DNA from: Erysipelotrichaceae bacterium
Lineage (GTDB): Bacteria > Bacillota_I > Bacilli_A > RFN20 > CAG-826
Direction: 5' to 3'
Assembly (NCBI GenBank): GCA_015059185.1
Contig: SVAY01000008.1
Span: 1,587-65,586, forward strand
Length of the DNA: 64,000 nucleotides
Position 1 is the first letter of the stretch, and the number at the start of each line of letters is the position of its first letter. The notes beneath the pieces were generated by a model, which saw only the letters and a program-made list of their open reading frames with translations, did no database searches and had not been told where the DNA came from. Positions 31,791-40,221 of this stretch are shown in pieces. Position numbers and translations under genes: made by a program.

Positions 31791-33067
31791 CTATTTGGAT
31801 TTGATAATCCCTTAAGAGGTATAGGGAAATAATAACGAGCTTCTTGTCGATATATTCTCATAATGTTATATGCACCTACCGCGTCAGCATTATAGATATC
31901 ATGACGGTCTTTAAATAAGCCACGATGTTTTCTTTGTGATTTATCATAATAATCTTTTGATACCGATAATGACTTAGGAGAACATCCTGAAGAATATGCT
32001 TCATCAACCATAATAAATTCAATGCCTTCTATGGTGAGTTTATAAGATAGGTAATCATATATTCTTTTAAAACAGATGGCTCTTAGATTTTGGTTGAAGC
32101 GATGCTTATCTTTGGCTGAATTAAACTCCTTCTTTTGATGAAGGATACCAGAAACATCTCCAATAATCACTTTAGAGATATCGTGGTTATTGCAGTAATC
32201 GACAATATATCTAGAAGCTCGATGGAGGATAAGATTAATCCTCTTGTTTTTAAGTTCATATAAATGTTTGATCCTATTAGTAGAGACTCCTTTCTTATGA
32301 TTAGGAAAACATTTATCAAACTTAGACTGATAATAAGCAATTCTTTTAGAGAAATAGTAAGATGTATTTTGGATAGAAGTTCCTGAGACAACAAATGAAG
32401 TTCCGTTATTGTCATAAACTGTTAGCAGGTTCTTTGTTCCAATATCAATGCTTATATAGTGCTTATTATCTTCTTTTTTATTTTTTATATCTTCTTCATA
32501 GATGACATAGACCTTATATCTATTTTTATTGATATATGAAAATTCAATTTGTTTAATCATAGAAAAAGTTCTTTTTAAGGGAATATATAAGAAATCTTTC
32601 TCTATGTTATATTTCTCTTTTAGATGCTCCTTTAATCTTTTAGGTATCATTAAACGAACCTTGTTATCAACTATCTTAAATGAGTTTTGTAGATACTTAA
32701 AATTAGTGTGAGATCCATCTTTTTTATAATAAGGAGAGTGTGGTTCCCCTTCATATTCTTTTAAATGGCTTTTCTCTTTTTTATAATCATATTTACTTTT
32801 AAGAACAAAATAGCTTTTCCAAGCTTCATCAAGCCTAGCTAAGACATCTTGACTTGTTTGAGCAGGTAAAGATTTATACCAAATATCATCTTTTAATCTT
32901 TTCTTTTGATCATACCAATCTGGCATAGAATCAAAACCAAGAGTTTTATATTCTTTTCTTTCATAATTACCAACATTAAATAACTTACTCGCAGCGTAAG
33001 AGAGATGTCCTAGTATAATAGACATCGTCTCATTTACTTTTAATTCAAATTGGTAAGTTAGTAGCAT
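31622..33067 (-). CDS. tnpB: RNA-guided endonuclease TnpB
   Basis: N-terminal HTH (SKLFNVGNY), RuvC-I SIDIGTKNL, RuvC-II IIGD, RuvC-III NADAVGAYNI; degenerate zinc finger. Confidence 0.92.
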   Translation of the reverse strand: MLLTYQFELKVNETMSIILGHLSYAASKLFNVGNYERKEYKTLGFDSMPDWYDQKKRLKDDIWYKSLPAQTSQDVLARLDEAWKSYFVLKSKYDYKKEKSHLKEYEGEPHSPYYKKDGSHTNFKYLQNSFKIVDNKVRLMIPKRLKEHLKEKYNIEKDFLYIPLKRTFSMIKQIEFSYINKNRYKVYVIYEEDIKNKKEDNKHYISIDIGTKNLLTVYDNNGTSFVVSGTSIQNTSYYFSKRIAYYQSKFDKCFPNHKKGVSTNRIKHLYELKNKRINLILHRASRYIVDYCNNHDISKVIIGDVSGILHQKKEFNSAKDKHRFNQNLRAICFKRIYDYLSYKLTIEGIEFIMVDEAYSSGCSPKSLSVSKDYYDKSQRKHRGLFKDRHDIYNADAVGAYNIMRIYRQEARYYFPIPLKGLSNPNREYIPVTDQFLNEDYINWNAKAGNVGISGRNYPDGYILEDIIRQYVTQILGNSITE

Positions 33068-33095
33068 ATTATCTTCCTATTTATATTATATCACA

Positions 33096-33117
33096 TAAGT
33101 GGAGTTTACTCCACTTA
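33096..33117. promoter_or_regulatory. Perfect palindrome TAAGTGGAGT-TT-ACTCCACTTA over the -35 region of the tnpB promoter
   Basis: Immediately upstream of an extended -10 (TGATATAAT) on the minus strand. Confidence 0.5.
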
Positions 33118-33242
33118 ATATTTTTATTATTTTCTTGTATTTATTTTGCATATAGTCAATACATTAACTTAATAAATAAGGCTCATTTTCATCTCGGCAG
33201 TTGAACAACCGAGGATTCCCATTCGTTATCCTAAAAAGATCT

Positions 33243-33266
33243 TCCCTCATAGAGGGATTTTCTTTT
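33243..33266 (+). terminator. Terminator, probably the original glutathione peroxidase terminator displaced by the IS
   Basis: TCCCTC-ATA-GAGGGA-TTTTCTTTT, preceded by C-TAA at 33231-33234. Confidence 0.65.
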
Positions 33267-33292
33267 GCTTAATATTTATATATGATTAATCT

Positions 33293-33781
33293 ATGCATAT
33301 TAGAAAAGCGACATATGATGATTTAGTGGCTATTAAAGATATTTTTATTGCTGCTAAAGACAAAATGAAAAAAGATGGCAACTTAAAACAATGGGAAAAG
33401 ATTGATTATCCATTTTGTTACACAAAAGAAGATATAGATAAAGGGCAATGTTTTGTTATTGAAAATGATAAGAAAGAATTAGTTGCAACATTTGTATATA
33501 TCGTAGGAATAGATCCAACATATAACTATATCGAAGGAAAATGGCTAAACGATCATCCTTATGGTACGATTCATCGTATTGCGTCTAACGGGAAAGAGCC
33601 TCATATCTTTGAAGAAGTTCTTAAATATATAAATAGTTTCCATATTGATACAAGGATTGATACCCATAGTGATAATCTTCGTATGAAGCATCTCATTAAG
33701 AAAAATGGATTCACTTACTGTGGCACAATCTATGTAAGAGACGGCACCCCACGAGAAGCATATCAAAAAGTAAGTAGATAA
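33293..33781 (+). CDS. GNAT family N-acetyltransferase
   Basis: IHRIASNG, RIDTHSDNLRM...KNGFTYCG. Confidence 0.85.
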   Translation: MHIRKATYDDLVAIKDIFIAAKDKMKKDGNLKQWEKIDYPFCYTKEDIDKGQCFVIENDKKELVATFVYIVGIDPTYNYIEGKWLNDHPYGTIHRIASNGKEPHIFEEVLKYINSFHIDTRIDTHSDNLRMKHLIKKNGFTYCGTIYVRDGTPREAYQKVSR

Positions 33782-33832
33782 CTAGAATATAATAACGATT
33801 CTTGTATAATAGATTAGGTTAGGAGAAGAAAT

Positions 33833-34252
33833 ATGGTAGTAGCAATTACATTTGATAAAGGACGTGTTGGTCAACATTTTGGTCACACTGAAGAATTTAA
33901 AATCTACGACGTAAAAGAAAAAGAGAAAGTCGTTGAATATTATTATGTGAAAACTCAAGGTAACGGTTGCTCTGCTCTTGTTCCTATCTTAAAAGCGAAT
34001 AAAGTTAATGTTCTAGTGTGTGGCGGATTAGGTGGAGGTGCTTATAACCACTTAACTGAAGCTGGCATAATTGTCGTTCCAGGAGTTGAAGGCGAAGTCG
34101 ATGAAGTATTCGGTCAACTTATGGAAGGTACATTAAAGTATGATGAAGGACCTAATTGTGATCATCATCATGAAGATGGTCATGAATGTCACCATGAAGA
34201 CGGACACGAATGTCATCATGATGATGATAAAGACCATAAGTGTTGCCACTAA
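33833..34252 (+). CDS. NifB/NifX (dinitrogenase Fe-Mo cofactor-like) family protein with His/Cys-rich tail
   Basis: VGQHFGHTEEF, LVCGGLGGGA; tail DHHHEDGHECHHEDGHECHHDDDKDHKCCH. Confidence 0.85.
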   Translation: MVVAITFDKGRVGQHFGHTEEFKIYDVKEKEKVVEYYYVKTQGNGCSALVPILKANKVNVLVCGGLGGGAYNHLTEAGIIVVPGVEGEVDEVFGQLMEGTLKYDEGPNCDHHHEDGHECHHEDGHECHHDDDKDHKCCH

Positions 34253-35449
34253 TTAATCGTTATTATAAGCGAGTTTAAAAATATCTAACACTTCTTGAAA
34301 ACCAAGAGGTTTATAACCAGGAATAGTCCTGGTTTTATTTTTGCTAGTCATTAAAGCAAGTGTTTCTAAATCACTCTCTTTCACTCCTAACTCCTTTAAA
34401 CCAATTGGCATATTGATTTCTTGATAGAACTTCTCTTGTAAATAGATGGCTTTAAGTATTGCTTCTTCTGGGTCATTAGGATCAACATCAAGCCCCCAGA
34501 TACTACTAGAATATTGGCTCCATCTAGCAATATTAGATTTATAAACATATCTAGCCCATGAACACCATAAGGCTGCTAGCCCAGCACCATGAGCAACATT
34601 AGGATATAAAGCACTAACTGCGTGTTCTAATTGGTGAACAGTTAATAAGAATCCTTTTCCACAATGAGTGAGTCCATTATGCGATAAACTAGAGCACCAC
34701 ATGATTTGAGCACGAGCGTTATAATCATTAGGATTTAAATAAGACAATTTACCATATTTAAAACTAATACGAATAATCGCTTCAGCAATCTCATCAGTTA
34801 GTTCAGTTTCATTACCAATAGCAAAATATCTTTCTATTGTATGCATACCAATATCGACAGCCCCACATGCAGTTTGATATGGGGAAACTGTATAAGTTAG
34901 TTCCGGATTACAAATAGCAAAGTCTAATCTATTAAAATCATGGTTATATCCACTCTTAGAATGAGTCTTAGTATTAGTTAATACACTGGAGTCACTCATC
35001 TCACTTCCTGCAGCAGAAAGAGTGAGAATTGCACCTTTTTTAAGTGTTTTGCTTGGTTTTTTCTTTTTTAAATGATAATCCCAAAGATCATCTTCTGGAT
35101 TTGCAATACCATTAGCAATTCCTTTAGCAGTGTCAATTGCAGATCCTCCTCCAATAGCGAGAACAAAGTCGATTCCTTCTTTTTTACCTAACTCGATTCC
35201 CTTATAGGCAAAATCAAGTTCTGGGTTAGGAGTTACGCCACCAAATTCGATATATTCTAATCCTTCTTCTTTTAATAACTTTTCGACTTTATCAAGTAGT
35301 CCACTTCTTTTAACTGAACCACTGCCAAAAACTAATAAAATTTTATGTACATTATAAGCTTTAATTATCTTTCCAACCTTATCTTCTTCACCTTTTCCAA
35401 AGTATATTTTAGTAGGTGTATAATAAATAAAATTTTCCATGTGTTTCAC
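34253..35449 (-). CDS. Iron-containing alcohol dehydrogenase (BdhA/YqhD-like)
   Basis: IGGGSAIDTAK, AAGSEM, HTIERY, HQLEH, HGAGLA. Confidence 0.9.
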   Translation of the reverse strand: MKHMENFIYYTPTKIYFGKGEEDKVGKIIKAYNVHKILLVFGSGSVKRSGLLDKVEKLLKEEGLEYIEFGGVTPNPELDFAYKGIELGKKEGIDFVLAIGGGSAIDTAKGIANGIANPEDDLWDYHLKKKKPSKTLKKGAILTLSAAGSEMSDSSVLTNTKTHSKSGYNHDFNRLDFAICNPELTYTVSPYQTACGAVDIGMHTIERYFAIGNETELTDEIAEAIIRISFKYGKLSYLNPNDYNARAQIMWCSSLSHNGLTHCGKGFLLTVHQLEHAVSALYPNVAHGAGLAALWCSWARYVYKSNIARWSQYSSSIWGLDVDPNDPEEAILKAIYLQEKFYQEINMPIGLKELGVKESDLETLALMTSKNKTRTIPGYKPLGFQEVLDIFKLAYNND

Positions 35450-35541
35450 TCCTATCTGTTACGTTATTCCTATTGTAACTCGATAATGTTTACATAAGTA
35501 ACATTTTTTATTTATAATAAATACAATAGGAGAAATTTAAA

Positions 35542-35793
35542 ATGTTAGAATTTCGTTATGATACTCAATTATTAATTGAAGGCAAGGATCTCGATGACAT
35601 GGAACTTACAGATTGGATTGTCAACAATATGAAAGGCGATTCTTTAATCTGTGTTGGTGATGATGAATTAATCAAAATCCACTTCCACACTAACGAACCA
35701 TGGGACCTACTTGCCCACTGCCGCACACTTGGAGAAATATTTGACATCGTGGTCGAAGATATGGATCGTCAATCACGTGGTCTTAAAGGATAA
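35542..35793 (+). CDS. Small standalone protein resembling the middle domain of DAK2/FakA proteins
   Basis: YDTQLLI...GDSLICVGDDELIKIHFHTNEP...GEIFDIVVEDM. Confidence 0.65.
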   Translation: MLEFRYDTQLLIEGKDLDDMELTDWIVNNMKGDSLICVGDDELIKIHFHTNEPWDLLAHCRTLGEIFDIVVEDMDRQSRGLKG

Positions 35794-35795
35794 TC

Positions 35796-36503
35796 ATGAA
35801 AGTCATCATGCTTGCTGCCGGTAAAGGCACAAGAATCTCTAGAAAGATTAGAGAAGTACCGAAATCAACATTACCAATTGATGGAATACCATTAATTAGA
35901 CTTAACGCTGAAGCATATTTGAAGCGTGGTTTTGAAGTGGTCGTTGTGGCAGGATATAAGCACGAACTTATCTTAGATGCTTTAAAAGGATTAAACGTCA
36001 AATATTACTTCAACCCATTCTACGCTGTAACCAACTCTATTGGTTCTATTTGGGTTGCTAGAAATGAACTTGATGACGACTGCATCATTATGAACGCTGA
36101 TGTTTACTATGATCCAGAAATTTTAAATAAACTTTTAGACTCTAAAGAAGATGTCGTGATGGTCAGTGACTCTAGTCGTATTGAAGTTGGAGATTATTTC
36201 TTTGGTACAGACTCAGAAGGTCACATCACTAAATATGGTAAAGGCTTACCACTTGAAGAAAGAAGTTCTGAATATGTTGGCCTTGCCTTGGTAAGGAAAG
36301 GCTTTATTGATGTATTTAAAAAAGAAACAGATCGACTAGTCTGGGATGAACATTATGATTATTGGTGGGAAAATGCCTTATATTCTTTAGCGGATAAAGG
36401 TAATAAGATTCCTACTATCGATGTCAGTGGTTATTTCTGGAGTGAAATCGATTACTTTGATGACTACATGAGGATACTTAATTATGTTAGGAAGAAAAGC
36501 TAG
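35796..36503 (+). CDS. LicC/phosphocholine cytidylyltransferase-family NTP transferase
   Basis: LAAGKGTRI, NADVYY, EYVG, WSEIDYFDDY. Confidence 0.85.
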   Translation: MKVIMLAAGKGTRISRKIREVPKSTLPIDGIPLIRLNAEAYLKRGFEVVVVAGYKHELILDALKGLNVKYYFNPFYAVTNSIGSIWVARNELDDDCIIMNADVYYDPEILNKLLDSKEDVVMVSDSSRIEVGDYFFGTDSEGHITKYGKGLPLEERSSEYVGLALVRKGFIDVFKKETDRLVWDEHYDYWWENALYSLADKGNKIPTIDVSGYFWSEIDYFDDYMRILNYVRKKS

Positions 36504-37563
36504 GGACTATATTTTATATACTGTTGGTCCTGTTGAGATGTTTGATAGAACTTTAAAAGTAAGGAGTAGACCTATTCCTTATTTTAGAAACCAAGCATTC
36601 TCAAATGAAATGTTTAAATTAGATAAAGGTCTTAAAGAGTTGCTCCATACTTCTCAGGACACTGAAATCATCTATTTAACCGCAAGCGGCACAGACGCGA
36701 TGGATGCGACTGTTGTTAATCTATTTAATAAAGATAGTAAGTTATTTATCATAAACGGCGGTTCCTTTGGAAAAAGATTTATGGAAATCGCTTCTTTCTA
36801 CAACATTCCTTTCGACACGGTTAATGTACCTGAAGAAAGAGATCTATTGAAAGATGATTTTGTTCCATTTGAGAACAATAAATATGATGGAGTGCTTGTA
36901 AATATTGACGAAACATCTATTGCAAAGCTCTATGACATCAATATCATTGAAGATTTTGCTGTTAGACATAATGCTTTACTTGTTGTAGATGCGATTTCAT
37001 CATTCTTATGTGACGAATACGAGATGGACAAACACCACATAGATGTTACTATCTTCTCAAGCCAAAAAGGCTTATGTATTTCTCCCGGCTTAGCGTTCGT
37101 TGCTTTAAGTAAAAAAGCACAGGAGAAGTTATTAGAGCATCCTGCTACTTATTATTCAAATTTCCACGACTATATCTTAAATATGAAAAGGGGTCAAACT
37201 CCTTTCACTCCTGCTGTTGGAACAATATTTGAAGCCATTGATATGGTTGAATATATTCAAAATGTATCATTAGGAAGTTGGCTTAAAAGAATTAATGATA
37301 ACGCTTCTTTTTTTAGGAGTGAATTAACTAAAAGAGGTTTTGAATTACCTAAATTCACAATGAGTAACGCGGTCACTATGTTCTTTACCCCAAATAATTC
37401 TGCTCATGACTTAAAAGAATATTTAGCTTCTAAAGGTTTATTCATCAATCCTAGCAGTGGTAAATGGGCTGATTCTGCAGTAAGAGTAGCTCATATTGGT
37501 GATTTAAATAAAGAAGACTACGATTTACTCTTAAAAGAGATTGATAATTATTATAAGAAATAA
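36484..37563 (+). CDS. Class V PLP aminotransferase (AEP/serine-pyruvate transaminase-like)
   Basis: TVGPV, TASGTDAMDA, VVDAISS, SSQKGL (PLP lysine), RVAHIG. Confidence 0.85.
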   Translation: MLGRKARDYILYTVGPVEMFDRTLKVRSRPIPYFRNQAFSNEMFKLDKGLKELLHTSQDTEIIYLTASGTDAMDATVVNLFNKDSKLFIINGGSFGKRFMEIASFYNIPFDTVNVPEERDLLKDDFVPFENNKYDGVLVNIDETSIAKLYDINIIEDFAVRHNALLVVDAISSFLCDEYEMDKHHIDVTIFSSQKGLCISPGLAFVALSKKAQEKLLEHPATYYSNFHDYILNMKRGQTPFTPAVGTIFEAIDMVEYIQNVSLGSWLKRINDNASFFRSELTKRGFELPKFTMSNAVTMFFTPNNSAHDLKEYLASKGLFINPSSGKWADSAVRVAHIGDLNKEDYDLLLKEIDNYYKK

Positions 37564-37566
37564 AAT

Positions 37567-38415
37567 ATGAATCCAACCCAAGAAAGATTATTAGTACTTT
37601 TAAAGGAATTCATCAGAGTGTGCAATAAACATAACCTCCGTTATTTTGTTGATGGAGGAACTTTACTTGGTGCGATGAGACATAAAGGTTTCATCCCTTG
37701 GGATGATGATATTGATGTCTCTATGCCTCGTGAAGACTATGATAAATATGTGAAATTACAATATGAATATGACGGGACTCCATATTTTATTCAAACTTGG
37801 AGAACTGATCCCCACTACACATATTGCTTTGCTAAATTAAGAGATAGTTCCACTACATTCATAGAGAACTTCTATGTTAATCACCGTATTAATCATGGAG
37901 TATGGATTGATATCTTTCCACTTGATGGCATGAGTTATAAAGATAAACCACGTGAGAAATGTGCACCTCGTATACGCTTTGTCTGGTGGATGAATTATAT
38001 GAGTTATCTACCTCAGTTAACTCGTAAATTTCATAAAGAAACATTCTTTAAAGATTTAGGATTAAACATTATTGGTTGCTTATTCTATATCATGGATCCA
38101 TTCCATATTAGAAATAGAATTGTTGAACATCACTTACGTCATTATAAACTTGATAAAGCCGTTTTAGCGGGTAACTATTATGACTTTAAGCCAAAGCAAC
38201 AAGCAATGCCGATTTCTTTATTTAAAGAGTTCATTGAAGTGCCATTTGAAGATATTATGGTCACCGCTCCTAAAGAATATGATAAATATCTCACCATGTC
38301 TTATGGCGATTGGAGAACACCTCCACCAAAAGAAAAACAAATTGGTATGCACTTTGATAAGGGTTTCTCCCTTACTCAAGGATATAAAGAATATATGAAA
38401 GAGCATCGAATTTAA
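37567..38415 (+). CDS. LicD family phosphotransferase
   Basis: GTLLGAMRHKGFIPWDDDIDV, WIDIFPLD, YLTMSYGDW. Confidence 0.92.
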   Translation: MNPTQERLLVLLKEFIRVCNKHNLRYFVDGGTLLGAMRHKGFIPWDDDIDVSMPREDYDKYVKLQYEYDGTPYFIQTWRTDPHYTYCFAKLRDSSTTFIENFYVNHRINHGVWIDIFPLDGMSYKDKPREKCAPRIRFVWWMNYMSYLPQLTRKFHKETFFKDLGLNIIGCLFYIMDPFHIRNRIVEHHLRHYKLDKAVLAGNYYDFKPKQQAMPISLFKEFIEVPFEDIMVTAPKEYDKYLTMSYGDWRTPPPKEKQIGMHFDKGFSLTQGYKEYMKEHRI

Positions 38416-38425
38416 TCGATGCCTT

Positions 38426-40129
38426 TTACTTATAAACCTTAATAACTACAAAGCCTTTTGGTTCTATTTCTTTATTAATGTTATATCGATTCTTAAGAAC
38501 AATATTCCCATCCATACTAACAGGATAATCACTCATATTAGTAACTAGAGCAAGCCCACTTCCCTGATAGAATCTTTTAATCACTAATAAGTTATCTTGA
38601 TGATAGATAGTAATATCTCCTTCTTTAAGTATTGGATCGTTTCTTAATCTAATTAATTCTTTAAACAATAGATGCTCATTAGAATCAAATTCTTTACTAT
38701 CCCATTCCATCCCTCGTCTATTATCTGGATCGCCTTCTCCATACATGAATATTTCTTCTCCATAATAGATTAAAGGATAACCGAGATAAAACATCATGAT
38801 TGCGTGACCTAATAAGCTTAAATCTTTATCACTATTACAAAGGGTAAAGAAACGTTGAATATCATGACTTGCCAAGATGTTCATCATCATACGATTATGT
38901 CCATCTTTATATCTCATAAGAAGTGACTCAAATGCTTCTGCACTCTCTTTAGCATCAGTCGCTTTACAAATATATCCACTCACCGCACTCAAGAAAGGAT
39001 AATTCATCACTCCATCAAATTGAGCGTTACCTAAATATGACTCACTGTTGAACCAGTTTTCACCAATAACAAGCATATCTTTTTTCTCTTGTTTAACAGT
39101 TAATTTAAACTTAGTCCAGAAGTCATGAGACACTCCTTCACTAACATCTAAACGATATCCATCAATATCAAATTCATGAATGTAATATTTAGCTACATCT
39201 AAGAGATATCTTTGTACTTCAATATTATTTGTATTGAGCTTTGGCATATGCGAAAAAGCGCTAAAACAAAGATAATTTAATGGGAATTTACGTGGTTTTT
39301 CACCATTTATGAAGAACCAATCATAATATTTAGATGCTCTCCCTTTATTTAAAACATCTAAGAATATTGGGTTATGTTCTGACATATGATTAAAGACCAT
39401 ATCAAGCATAATTTTGATATCTCTTTTGTGAGCTTCAGTCACTAATTCTTTAAACGCTTCTTTCCCGCCAAAATCAGGATCAATTTCAAAATAATCAACG
39501 ATATCGTATTTATGATTAGAATGACTCGTTTGAATTGGAGTAAGATAAATTGCTCCTATCCCTAATTCTTTTAGATAATCTAGTTTTTCAATGATGCCAT
39601 AGAGGTCTCCACCTAACATTGCTCCACGATTATTTCTTAAATCTTTACAGTTCCAATCACAGTTCACATAATCTTTATTAAGCTTGTTGCTTTTGTTAAA
39701 TCTCTCTGGGAATATTTGATAGATTACTCGACCCTTCCATGAAGGATTATCGATTACAATATCGTTAATGTTTTCTCCAATAAATTGGAAGGCACTAATA
39801 AATGCTAAATCAAAGATGTATTGGTTAGACACACCTGATTCACAAAAATAATAATCTTCATTATTTTCCCTAATATAAAAGACATACATTAATCTCATTG
39901 GATAAAGCTCAATAACAGTTTCATAATAGTTAAACGCTTCGTCCTGATGTTTCAGTTCTAAAGCTTGGTATTTATGATGACGATTAAATGACCATGGGTC
40001 TCCATAAATGATTTCAACTTTCTCAACTTCTGTTAGTCGAGAAATTGCAATACGGATAAGGGCGTGTTTTTCGTCCAAAGAAAAACAATAACGTGAATCA
40101 CTTTGATGTCTTAATAGTGATAGATCCAT
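38426..40129 (-). CDS. GH13 neopullulanase/cyclomaltodextrinase-like glycosidase
   Basis: LDMVFNH, GYRLDV, IGENW, ASHD, YYGEE, DPDNRR. Confidence 0.9.
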   Translation of the reverse strand: MDLSLLRHQSDSRYCFSLDEKHALIRIAISRLTEVEKVEIIYGDPWSFNRHHKYQALELKHQDEAFNYYETVIELYPMRLMYVFYIRENNEDYYFCESGVSNQYIFDLAFISAFQFIGENINDIVIDNPSWKGRVIYQIFPERFNKSNKLNKDYVNCDWNCKDLRNNRGAMLGGDLYGIIEKLDYLKELGIGAIYLTPIQTSHSNHKYDIVDYFEIDPDFGGKEAFKELVTEAHKRDIKIMLDMVFNHMSEHNPIFLDVLNKGRASKYYDWFFINGEKPRKFPLNYLCFSAFSHMPKLNTNNIEVQRYLLDVAKYYIHEFDIDGYRLDVSEGVSHDFWTKFKLTVKQEKKDMLVIGENWFNSESYLGNAQFDGVMNYPFLSAVSGYICKATDAKESAEAFESLLMRYKDGHNRMMMNILASHDIQRFFTLCNSDKDLSLLGHAIMMFYLGYPLIYYGEEIFMYGEGDPDNRRGMEWDSKEFDSNEHLLFKELIRLRNDPILKEGDITIYHQDNLLVIKRFYQGSGLALVTNMSDYPVSMDGNIVLKNRYNINKEIEPKGFVVIKVYK

Positions 40130-40221
40130 ATATTTAATATAATTGAGAATTGTAAAAGAAAAAAATGTTTTTTATTGAAGAAACTTTTGCTTAATGCAAA
40201 AATATGTGCGAGGGTTTAACT

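Larger units (their letters stand above)
31616..33230 (-). mobile_element. TnpB-only IS200/IS605-family (IS1341-like) element
   Basis: Right end: hairpin ACTTGGTAAT-TCA-ATTACCGAGT followed by AAGTTCAC. Left end: hairpin GAATC-CTCGG...CCGAG-ATGAAAATGAG. No tnpA. The left boundary is uncertain by a few bp. Confidence 0.8.

Noticed and set aside
31610-33232. TATCCT at both IS junctions read as a target-site duplication
   Set aside because: IS200/IS605 elements do not make TSDs, and removing one copy gives a peroxidase frame running through its terminator. Treated as chance microhomology that only blurs the boundary.
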